64,000 bases of DNA from the human T2T-CHM13v2.0 reference genome, Homo sapiens, in assembly GCF_009914755.1 (NCBI RefSeq), contig NC_060928.1. One strand, written 5' to 3'. Positions within the stretch are counted from its first letter, which is position 1, and every line of letters starts with the position of its first letter. The notes under the pieces are model-generated. The model did not search any database, was not told the DNA's origin, and worked only from the letters and a program-made list of their open reading frames with translations. Positions 52,395 through 64,000 of the stretch are shown piece by piece. Position numbers and translations under genes: made by a program.

Positions 52395-52505
52395 GTCTGG
52401 AGAAGGAAATGTACTGTTATGACTATAAAGACATCCTGCTGAATATCCTGATGCTTGGGAAAGTAAAACTCAATATAGAAAAAGCATCACTAATCAAATC
52501 TACAA
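52395..52505 (+). other. Candidate 111-nt exon
   Basis: T-rich acceptor ...TTTTTTATGACTTTCCAG| and donor ACAA|GTAAGA; open in phase 1. Confidence 0.25.
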
Positions 52506-52699
52506 GTAAGATTTACTTTGATGAGGAATTTGATGCTCAAGAAATATTTTCTCCCTTTTATTGTAAATTTATAATCCTGAATTAGATTTCAATGAAAACA
52601 GGAGCCATAATAAGCCACTCTTTAAAAATAAATCATGTATTGTTATGATTTTATTTCAGGATGTGAATTTAAGTTGTAAATTAATTCATTCTGCTAATG

Positions 52700-53560
<861 letters not shown>

Positions 53561-53759
53561 AAAATAACTAGGGAAATAATTTTCTAAGAAGAAGAAATAA
53601 AAGACCTTCCAAAATTTCATAATTACTACATAGAATTTGTAATGTAGTACTACTCATTACTACACTCAACCCATAATTAGTATGCTCAACCCATAATCTC
53701 ACCTGAGGGGTACAAAGGATAGTAAGGGTCTATACTCATACAATATCGCAACTAGAAAC

Positions 53760-54125
53760 TTTCCCATGCAACGTCTTGCATGCCTCTTGAGTTCTTCCCT
53801 TTTGCCTCTGCAGGTAACTTTTTCTGGAGAAAGCCCTCCTCTCTTTGATCGTCTGTTGAAATCGTAGCCATCTTTCAAATCCCAATTTTAGTGCTCCCTC
53901 CTCCACAAAAGGTTGATTCTTGCTAACCAAATATTTTCTCTTTCTTGACTTTAGCTCTACCGCACTTAATTTTAAATGTTTCTTATGCCATTTTTCTACT
54001 GAGTGCAGGCCTGAATTTACCTGTGTAATGCACCATTCCAGATTCCATTCACCATTGTAGACCCAGGGCCTGGCAGTGTCTGAAGGAGAGGTGGTGCACA
54101 ACAAACATTGGTGAAATGAATTAAT
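53760..54125 (+). mobile_element. L2 3' region
   Basis: CCCAGGGCCTGGCAGTG...AACAAACATTGGTGAAATGAATTAA. Confidence 0.6.
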
Positions 54126-56779
54126 TTCCAACTGCAATTCCAGTCCTGAAACATAATCATCAAAGTACATGGGTGGCTTATTATAACTCCTTTTTTTCAT
54201 AAGTCATTCTTCTATAATCAACTCCCCAGTGTGTGTCTTCAATGGTGTCTTGATAAGTATTTATTAAATTACATTTGACTTTCAATTTAAATGATATTTT
54301 AAATTTATTTTGAAGGTGGTTAACTAGGATTTACTCATTTACTTGGATAATATGCACTCTTACTGCCATTCTGAAAGAAACTTTGCATAGATAAAACTAT
54401 GTTAAAAATAGCACAAACCCATGAAACAAAAGTATTTAAATATTATTTTTCATCCTTAGATATAATCTAGTTAAGTATCAGCTAAATTGGTGCCCTATTG
54501 TGAATTTATCATTTTATCACTCTTAATGCCTTTAAACCTGTTTTTATTAAAGTAAGCAGTTCAACCGAGTCATTAGGAGGGATTACATGCAAATGTAGTT
54601 ATGTAGTGTTGTGTAATGTAACTTGAAGTTTAGGATGAAATCAATACATGTTTAAGAAATTAAAAAAGAATGAACAATCAATTGTACAACAGAAACAATA
54701 TAAAATATGTTGTATTTAAAGTAAAATAATTTTTTTAATTCAGGAAGTTGTGATCAAATACTTGCTACAAGCGTTTCATATTAGTTCATAAGGAGCTACA
54801 GCTAATTGACACATCAATAGAAAAACCTTTTTGATGGTTTGTTCAGTCTAATCTAAGCACCACAAAACTTCCCACAAAAAAACTGCCCTGAAGTCCACTT
54901 TGATAAGATTATCAATGAAACTTACAGTATATTTCCAGTTCTCACATTTTCCTTAAAATTTGTTAAGCTTAAGAAAAGAGATAGTGCTCTTATTTATTCA
55001 GTGATAAGTAAGCAAACAAATAACAGGCTAATTTAGATCTCTTTAGAATTTCTTTTGTGTAAGTAGTATTTGTAACAAATAGTTGTCCATTTCATAATTT
55101 CTAGTTATAACAGTTTTTACCATTCAACTTTGTGATTTTATAATGCCTAAAACATAGCAGTACTCAGTAAGGTATAAAAAGAACCAGTTATTCAGTGGAA
55201 TGAGGGTTGAAAAAAGCAATGTACTAAGTCACAAGATTCAAATCTCTTCTTGGTTCCCTCACTCGCAGTTATGTAATTGTGAACCATTTTTTCCCCTAAT
55301 AACATGACTTAGGAAGACTTGTTTTCTTCTTTTGCCAGTAATCATACTGATGGATCAATTAACCATATTGTTTTGTTTTGTCCTCCCTTTCCCCAGATTG
55401 CTTCTAAGTATTAAAAAAAAAAAAAATCACAGAATCAGCATTCCACTTGGTAGCTAACAATGGCTTAAAACATGTCAGTGAACTTATTTTTGCTTTAAAA
55501 TATGGTTATCACTAAGGTTTATTTTTAGCTAGGCTGATTGCAGATTAGCATATTTGGAGAAATGATTAAATATTTTACCTGCTTGCATTGGAAGTACGTA
55601 AAGAGAGCTCCTGGATGATATCAGGTGATAGATAATTAGTTTGGCACCTTACCAGAATGAGGTCCAGCTATGAATATTTTATTACTTACTAACAAAAGTG
55701 AGCATTCAGCTTTTGGGTCCACTCAGATACCTAAAAAACAGCTATTCTGGCACATTTACAACTTGGTAAGCAAATTTATGCAATTTTAGGTCCCTCTGCT
55801 GATTTACCTGGAAAGGCCATTATGTAAGATAATGAATTCAACAGATGAAAATCAGTGAATGCATTTGCACAATGTCACTTTATATTATAAGGAAAGATCT
55901 GGCATTTCCTCACTGAGGCATGTCCATCTTCATGTGATCTACATATTAGAGATGTGGCCCCTACTTTGGAATTGAAAAGTTCTCTTGATTAATTTTTCCT
56001 TGAATATTGCATATATTTAACTTGGGTATTTTAAAACTGAGTCAAGTGCGTGTATTAGCCAGATATCATCAAATATTCAGGCTAACATGGTAGTTAACGA
56101 TGCAATACAGAAAATATTTCTTTTTTCCATTATTTGCACTTCAAAAGCTAGATGAATCTCTAATCCAAGCATTTCTTAATTGGGGTGAGGGCTGCAACTG
56201 GGGTTGGAGTGAAGAAGGAAAGTGGCAAATAGAGTATCTTTTCTTCTTTTAATGTCTACATTTTCAGGAATGATGACCCAGATTATTCATTTAAATATTC
56301 TAATATTCATCAGTAAAAGGGAGTTAACTAAGCAGTTTGTGAGAGGGAGAAAATTGAAAAAAAAAACATAGAAAAGACTAAGAAATAAACTGAAATGAGT
56401 CAACTAATAAAATATTCAGAAGAAAAGAACACAACAATTACATCAACAGAAATTGAAAATCACCAAATCCAAGAAGATAATTAAGAGTAGGAACATAGAA
56501 GAGATTTGAAACAGACACTTGAAGACCCCCTTGTAAAAGTCTAGAAAGAATAGAGTGAAAGGAAAAGAAAGAATGAGACGAAAAGTTGAAATTTTAAGAT
56601 GGGTTCAAATTACTTTATTAAAGAGTGGTTTTATTTGCAACATGTGTTGGTGTGACGATCATCCTCTGATAGTCTTAGCCACCTTGTTGATAGAAAAAAA
56701 ATCAGATTTATAAACACTTGGGTATCTTTTATATTAAGATCATCTCTGAATGGCATTCCTGATTTTATTATTTTCAAAT

Positions 56780-57325
<546 letters not shown>

Positions 57326-58189
57326 TAGGATTATTATGTTTGGAGGAAGTCTTACAATACAGTATACATTATTGTTTTCTTCTCTAGAATCGAATAAATT
57401 ATTTTTTCTTTGTAAGACATCTCAAGGAATTTAGAAGTTGTAAGGTATTTTCTTGATTTTCCATCATGTTCATGTTTTGAACTGAGGGGCGGATGGTTTC
57501 AAAAATTGTGTAAATGATAGAGATGATGGGGCAATCATTTTGAGGAGTTTTATTGGACGTAACTAGAACAAAGGAGATGGTTTGGGGTTGTCAGCATACA
57601 CTCGTCGTCTGGTAAACTCTCCGAGCTCAATTTTCTTTACTTTAAATCTCCTTCTCTTCCTGGTCAGGGAAGAAGCTGGGATTGAGTTTGATTAGAAATT
57701 GAAATAAATCTGCTGAAAATGTAAAATTTGTGTTGGTTGATCACATTTCTTCTATAATCAACGTTCCTTGAGGAGTGATACTGGATGATTAGAATTGCTG
57801 GTTTATAGAAACAGCTGGTATGGGTTTAACAGTTTAAAACTGCGCTGAGAGCAGAAACCAACCTCACATATGTTTTAGCTTAATCACATATGAGTTAGCT
57901 TAATCTCCTGATAGGAGTTCAATTGATTTGGAAAGAGTTAATCAGAATTCACGATGCATTCTTGTTTGCAGCAGTGATTGGCCATAGCACCAACAGACAA
58001 AGAGAAGCGCATTACTGAGAAAGTTTGCTATATGCAGTTTTTGTTTCTGGAATTCTACATGTGACTGGCAATAAAAAGGTTTTGCCTTTTTCCCACAACA
58101 ATAGTAAAAACAGCATGACTGTTTACACTACTGTCTTTGCTACTACCGCTTTTACCCAACCAAGACTAGAACATAATAGCCTTGGTTGG

Positions 58190-58410
58190 TTAAGTGGATA
58201 CTATGACAGACTTATGTTAAGTGCATTTAAAATACAATTTCACATAATCCTCACAAAAACTCTGAGGTAGTCACTAACAAGCTAGATTTATAAAATTAAC
58301 GATCAAAGCTATTAAATTATTAATCCAAGATTATCCCAAAAGTAAGAAATAGAGTTGGGATTTGAACCCAGCCTTGTATGATGACCAAACCATATGCCCT
58401 TTCTATTGTA
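58190..58410 (-). mobile_element. MIR
   Basis: AATCCTCACAAAAACTCTGAGGTAG...GGGATTTGAACCCAG. Confidence 0.7.
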
Positions 58411-58549
58411 CTTGCCCCTTGTTTTGTTCCCACAATTTTCTATTCCAAAGATCTTTATAATTTCCAATGTTGGAATCATTTATAGGCCTGAGTCAGGATG
58501 TTTCTAAAAAGCAACACATATAACCTCAGAATAAAATGAATATAATTCG

Positions 58550-58848
58550 TTTTGTTTGTTTGTTTTGAGACTGAGTCTCACTTTGTTGCCCAGGCTGGAG
58601 TCTGGTGGTGTGATCTCAGCTCACTGCAACCTCCACCTCCCAGATTCAAGTGATTCTTGTGCCTCAGCCTCCTGAGTAGCTGGGACTACAGGTGTCTGCC
58701 ACCACACAGGGCTGATTTTTGTATTTTTAGTAGAGACTGGGTTTCACCAAGTTGGCTAGGCTGGTCTCGAACTTCTGACCTCAGGTGATCCACCCGCCTC
58801 GGCCTTCCAAAGTGCTGGGATTACAGGCGGGAGCCACTGTGCCTGGCC
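58550..58848 (-). mobile_element. AluSx/Sz with (GTTT)n tail
   Basis: Reverse Alu; flanks TGAATATA(A/C)TT. Confidence 0.95.
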
Positions 58849-59334
58849 CTGAATATACTTATTTTTAAATTTGTTTATATACTAATATAATTGAATGTGT
58901 TTAGCCTTATGAAAACTCATTACATTGTCCTTAAGATTCCAAATAAGAAACAATTCTTATTTGTATATGCACAGGGGAAAACTTCTGGATTGGCATCAGC
59001 CTAACGATTTCACATTTGGGAACCATCACATGACACCCCAGTGACTTAGTTGCTTCTTGCTCTAGGTTAAATCCTTGTTTTTTATTAGAGGAGTTACTGA
59101 AAAAAAGATATGTGTAAACTGACTATGCCTATATTAGACTACACTCTCTCATTTGTTTCTATCATAAGTTGAGAAATGTACTTCTGTGGGAAATAATTTG
59201 GCTCTAACTCATAATACACATTATTCTTAAAAAGCCTAGAATCCTTGTGATTTTCATAATAGGAGGTTGATAGGTATGATAAAATTTTTAAAAAATAAAA
59301 ATCTGGCTAAATTTTAAAAAGGTGAGACAATTTA

Positions 59335-59570
59335 AACAATAGGTAGCTTACTCTGTTCCAGGTATTGTTCTAAAAACATATACATTGAATTCCCATAGCA
59401 ATGCTAAAAGGAGGCACTATAATGATTCCCATTTTATAAATGAGGAAACAGAGGCCCAGAGATGTTAAGTAACTTGTTCCAGGTCTTGTAGCTAGCCAGT
59501 GAGGGAGCTGCAGTTTGAGTCTAAGCAGCCTAGCTTTAAGACTCCATGCTTTTAATTAACACGCCACACC
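59335..59570 (-). mobile_element. MIR
   Basis: CCCATTTTATAAATGAGGAAACAGAGGCCCAGAGATGTTAAGTAACTTG. Confidence 0.88.
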
Positions 59571-60209
59571 TTGTGTTTTGTGTGCTTGTTTGCTTGCTTT
59601 TCTCTATGCTATGCTGTGCTCTGCCATGTGAGAAAGGGTTAGTAATACTTCTTTATAGTTTTTTTTGAACATATTCTGTTTAGCATCAGCATCTTGATAC
59701 TATCTTTTTCTATAATGCTATTTCAATTTTAAAAATGTTGCTTTGTGTTACTTTTTATTTTAAATATTACATAGGGCCATTTATCCTTCTTTTTCTATTC
59801 ATTACCCACTCCTCATAAATTATTGATTGATAATAAATATTGAATGGGAAAGTCACCCCTAATGTGGAGATAAAACAGGGGAATACAGAAAAGGACTTTG
59901 AATATTCTACTCTCATTGGCAAAACTTTCTCTACTGTGAGTTAGATATCTCACAGCATCTTCCCCTGTTGTTATTTAGTGTTGGATTTTAGAACTGTCTT
60001 TGTTTTGATTTGATGATGGTCACTTGTCATTTTCTGGCTTTCCATTTAGGAAGGTCAGGTCAGGTTATGTTGCTCTCTGCCTAGAGAAAGAGGATGCTGT
60101 ATAGACATTGAGGTATTCCAGTTCATGTTGCAGTTACTTATCATTATAAATTAATTAAAACCTACCTGGTTATGATATGAATTTCCAAGTAGATGTGACT
60201 AATAACAAA

Positions 60210-60330
60210 AATAATAATAGTAACCAACTCATGGGTTCTTGTGAGAACAGAATGAGCTAATCTGTATGAAGCACTAGAGCAGTATGCAACATAGTGAGCT
60301 CTCAATAAATGGTGGCTGTCGTTATTATCA
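60210..60330 (+). mobile_element. MIR 3' half
   Basis: AATAGTAACCAACTCATGGGTTCTTGTGAG...GAGCTCTCAATAAATG. Confidence 0.75.
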
Positions 60331-62417
60331 CTACTGTTGTTTTGGGAAGTGGTGCTGATCCAGTGACCGATTATGTTGTCGCCTATGACAGCTTTTCAAA
60401 AATTTTAACAATGAAATAGATACCTTGGAATTCTGGATTAAATATACATACATACATATATGTATATTTAAAAATAGCACTTAATTTTCATAATAGCATA
60501 TAAGCTTATGCTCCACATAGGTTAATGAAGACTTGTTAAGAACTGAGCATTGCCATTACAGGCCATTTAATAACAGTGAGGGAAGTGATAACAAACTCGT
60601 ATGAACAATAAACACAGCATGAAAGCATATATAATTAAATTCTCTATGGTATGGTCTAAGTATTGTGTGGTGTTCAGAACAGAAAAAGCTCAGCTAAGGT
60701 TGAAGTATTCAGAAAGAATTTAGTCATGGAAGTGCTGGGACATGAGATTTCCTTTAAAGAAAAGGGTCTGTCTAGTAGAGAAGGAAAAATATAAGCATAC
60801 ATCTCTACGCAGAAATAAGCACGGTATACTTGTGGAATAACTAGTAAATTATCATTGCTCTGTATGCCTTTCTTATCGCTTATCATAGGGACTGAGCAAA
60901 ACTTTTTCCCAGGAATGAGAACAAAATAATTTTAAAACAAATCCCAGATCATTGTTTCTGTCAAAGTCAATGTTACTTTCTAAGTAAATGCTGAAGCTAG
61001 TGGCTTTATAATGATATTTCTACAGACTTGACTTATTTAAATAATCTCATGGCTATTAAATTACTACATTGGATCTGGCAGATGAAAGTATCTGTGTTTT
61101 GCTTTACAAACTTGTTCATATCAAAAACTGCCTCTTCAAAAAAGGATAATGACCTTAGGGTGTAGTGATCATGTCATCCCATTCTAAATAGATCTGTGTT
61201 TCTCACTTATAAATTGGAAGAGCAGGGTGGTAAACCTGACTGCAGAATAAGTCATATTTCATTCGGAAATATCCAGGCTGGCATTCATTTGAGGACAGGA
61301 AAGAAAACACAGAGAAACATTCACAAATGAGAAGAAAGATTACAAAGGGTACAGTAGGTTGGTAAAGATAGATAGACACCTTTCTTTCTCTCTCCCCTCC
61401 TCTTCTTCCTCCTCGCCACCTCCTCTCCTTCCCTCTTAACTTTCTTCTTTGTGTCTAATATGAGTTAGTATTACTTACACACATACCAGCTTTATTGTCA
61501 GATGTTAATGCCCACAAAACATTCCCTACGTAGATATGAGAATTCCTCAGGTTGTGCCTTAATCTGTGCTCAAAAACAAACTCCCAGCCTGCTCTGCTTC
61601 TGCGTCTTGCCTTGCTGTTTTTTAGGGAGAAGACTATTCCCACTTGTGAATCTGGCATTTTTCTTGGAAAGCTGTCTTCCATCATTAGTCACCAGAGTGA
61701 TCACCACCTTGATCTTGGAGAAAGAAACATTGCTATCCATTGGGATAGTCCCGTTTTCTGTAATTTCCCACACAATGAGACCAGCTGTAATTTTTAACAG
61801 GGTTTATGGAAGGTTAAGGAATAATGGACAGAAGCTACATCAGGAGCATTACTCACAGCTATTGGCCAGGCTCAGATCCATGTCTTGCTAACCACACTGT
61901 CTCCCTGTAACACTGTCTCCCATACAGGAGTGCTACCACACTGTCTCCTGTATGGTAGGTGAGAAGCGCTGCTCACCTCCCATATCTGAGACTATTTCGA
62001 CTGTCTATAGGCCAAACTAGTTTAAGTTCTTTTTCAGTTTAAGATTTGCTGCTTAGATCTTCATTTTCTGTCATAAGATTGATATCTTTCCAGGATTTTT
62101 GACAACAGGAATTTCATTCTCTTATATTGATAGGTCTTCCTTTGGGGTGAGGGTATGTATCTGGGATAGTTGTAGGAACCTCATCCCACTCAAGGAAACA
62201 TGCTCTGCCTTTCTGCTTCTTATAAGGCAACCTTGCAGTAGTCCAAGACTACGATGTTTTTGAGTTACCTGGTCTAATAAAAACCACAGGTGGCAAATAA
62301 TTGTGTCCAGGTTAGCCCACACTAAGCTGAGTCCAGTCTCTCTTCCATCAGCCCTTTCCAAAGATTAAAACAATCTTGGTGTCTAGACTCAGGTTACTTG
62401 ATACATATATTCATATA

Positions 62418-62567
62418 TTTTATTTTTTTATATTTATTTTATTATTATTATTTTTAATAGAAACAGGGTTTTATCGTGTTGCCCAGGCTGGTCTCAAACT
62501 CCTGAGATCTGCCTGCCTCAGCCTCCCAAAGTGCTGGGATTATGAGCATGAGCCACCGTACCAGGCC
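62418..62567 (-). mobile_element. FLAM / Alu left monomer
   Basis: Single arm with T-rich tail; flanks TATATT(CA/TG)TATATTTT. Confidence 0.85.
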
Positions 62568-62926
62568 TATATTTGTATATTTTAAATAATTAATTAATCT
62601 AGTTTTAATTGAAAAGTAAAGATTGTATATATTTATTGTGTACAACATGTTTTGAAATATGTATGCATTGTGAAATGATTACTAGAGCTAAGTAACATAT
62701 GCATTACCTCACATAATTGTCATTTTTTGTGATAATCAAATCTTTCAGCAATTCTTCAGAATACAATACATTGTTACTAACTACAGTCATCATGTTGTAT
62801 GATGTATCTCTTAAACTTATTCATCCTATCTAACAAACTTTGTATTCTTTGACTAACATCTGCCCATCTCCCCCCTCCCCCAACCTCTGGTAACTGCCAT
62901 TCTACTCTCTTCCTACAAAATACACT

Positions 62927-63249
62927 TTTTAATTTTAATTTAATTTTATTCTATTTTGAGACAGGGTCTCACTCTGTCACTGAGACTGAAGCAAGTGGTG
63001 CGATCTAAGCTCACTGCAGCCTTGACCTCCTGTGCTCAGGTGATCCTTCCCCTTCAGCCTCCGTGTAGCTGAGATTACAGGTGCATGCCACCACATTTGG
63101 CTTGAAAATTTTTTTTTTCATGGGGTTTTCTTACAGATGGGGTTTTGCCATGTTGCCCAGGCTGGTCTCAATCTCCTAGGCTCAAGTCATCCTCCTCTCT
63201 TGGCCTCCCAAAGTGCTGAGATTACAGGTGTGAGCCACTGCACTTGGCC
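62927..63249 (-). mobile_element. AluJ
   Basis: GAGACAGGGTCTCAC..GCTCACTGCAGCCTTGACCTCC...GGCTCAAG. Confidence 0.92.
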
Positions 63250-63264
63250 TGGTTTGATTCCACA

Positions 63265-63609
63265 TTTTCTTACTATGATAGAATACTGCACACTGGGAAA
63301 TTTATAAACAATAGAAGCTTATTTGGTTCATGATTCTGCAGGCTGGAAAGTTCAGGATCGAGGGGCTGAATCTGGTGAAGGACTTCTTGCTGCATCAGCC
63401 ATGGCAGAAAGACAAAGAGAGTGAGAGAGAGACAGCCAGAGATTAAATTTACAGCCCCAAGCCCTTTTATAATTGGTTTTAATCCATTCATGAGAATGTA
63501 GCCTTCATTATCTAAACACTTCTTATTAGGCCCCACTGCCAAACGTTGTTGCACTGGGGGATTAAGCTTCCAGCACATGTTTTTTGGAGGACATATTCAA
63601 ACCGTAGCA
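63265..63609 (-). mobile_element. MSTC-like LTR
   Basis: CTGGGAAATTTATAAAC...GGCTGGAAAGTTCAGGATC...CATATTCAAACCGTAGCA. Confidence 0.85.
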
Positions 63610-63901
63610 TACAGATAAGTGAGATCATGTGTATTTGTCTTTCTGTGCCTGGCTTATTTCACTTGGCATAATGTCTTCCAGGTTCATCCACGTTGTTGAA
63701 ATGACAGGACTTTCTTCTTCTTCGTCTTTTTTTTTTTAGACTTAATGGTATTCCACTGTGTATATATACTATATTTCCCTTATCTAATTATCTGTTGATG
63801 GACACTTCGGTTGATTCCATATCTTGGCTATTGTGATAATGCTGCAGTGAATATGGGAGTGTAGATATGTCTTTGAAATACTAATTTCATTTCCTTTGGA
63901 G

Positions 63902-64000
63902 ATATATATATATGTGTGTATATATATATGTGTATATATATATGTATATATATGTGTATATATGTGTATATATGTGTATGTATATGTGTATGTATATGTG
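63902..64000. repeat. (TA)/(TATGTG) microsatellite running off the window edge
   Basis: Directly visible. Confidence 0.97.

Larger units (their letters stand above)
62600..63905 (-). mobile_element. L1MA 3' region interrupted by an AluJ and an MST LTR
   Basis: ATATGCATTACCTCACATA, CTCTGGTAACTGCCATTCTACTCTC, GTCTTTCTGTGCCTGGCTTATTTCACTT. Confidence 0.9.

Noticed and set aside
53736-54200. 154-aa minus-strand ORF
   Set aside because: Overlaps antisense L2 sequence; no recognisable protein or splice structure

Overview
AT-rich, CpG-depleted primate (human-like; AluY present) intronic or intergenic DNA. I see no intact protein-coding gene, RNA gene or CRISPR array. Most listed ORFs are by-products of Alu, MaLR or microsatellite sequence. 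The window is dense with Alu, L1, L2, MIR, MaLR/ERV LTRs and MER/Tigger DNA-transposon relics; family and subfamily names are assigned by eye from recalled consensus sequences, and borders of old elements are approximate. Best signals: (1) a retrocopy at 3386-4174 (-), flanked by a target-site duplication (TSD), in which a MER21 LTR segment is joined, apparently at a splice donor, to the first base of the penultimate VDAC2 exon, suggesting a fossil LTR-driven VDAC2 isoform; (2) an L1-type processed copy of a MER41 ERV RNA at 32808-33582 with no U5, a poly(A) tail and a 16-bp TSD; (3) two locally templated insertions (24075-24144 and 39750-39869); (4) a full LTR-int-LTR MST element with discordant LTRs; (5) several well-formed but unverified orphan exon candidates.
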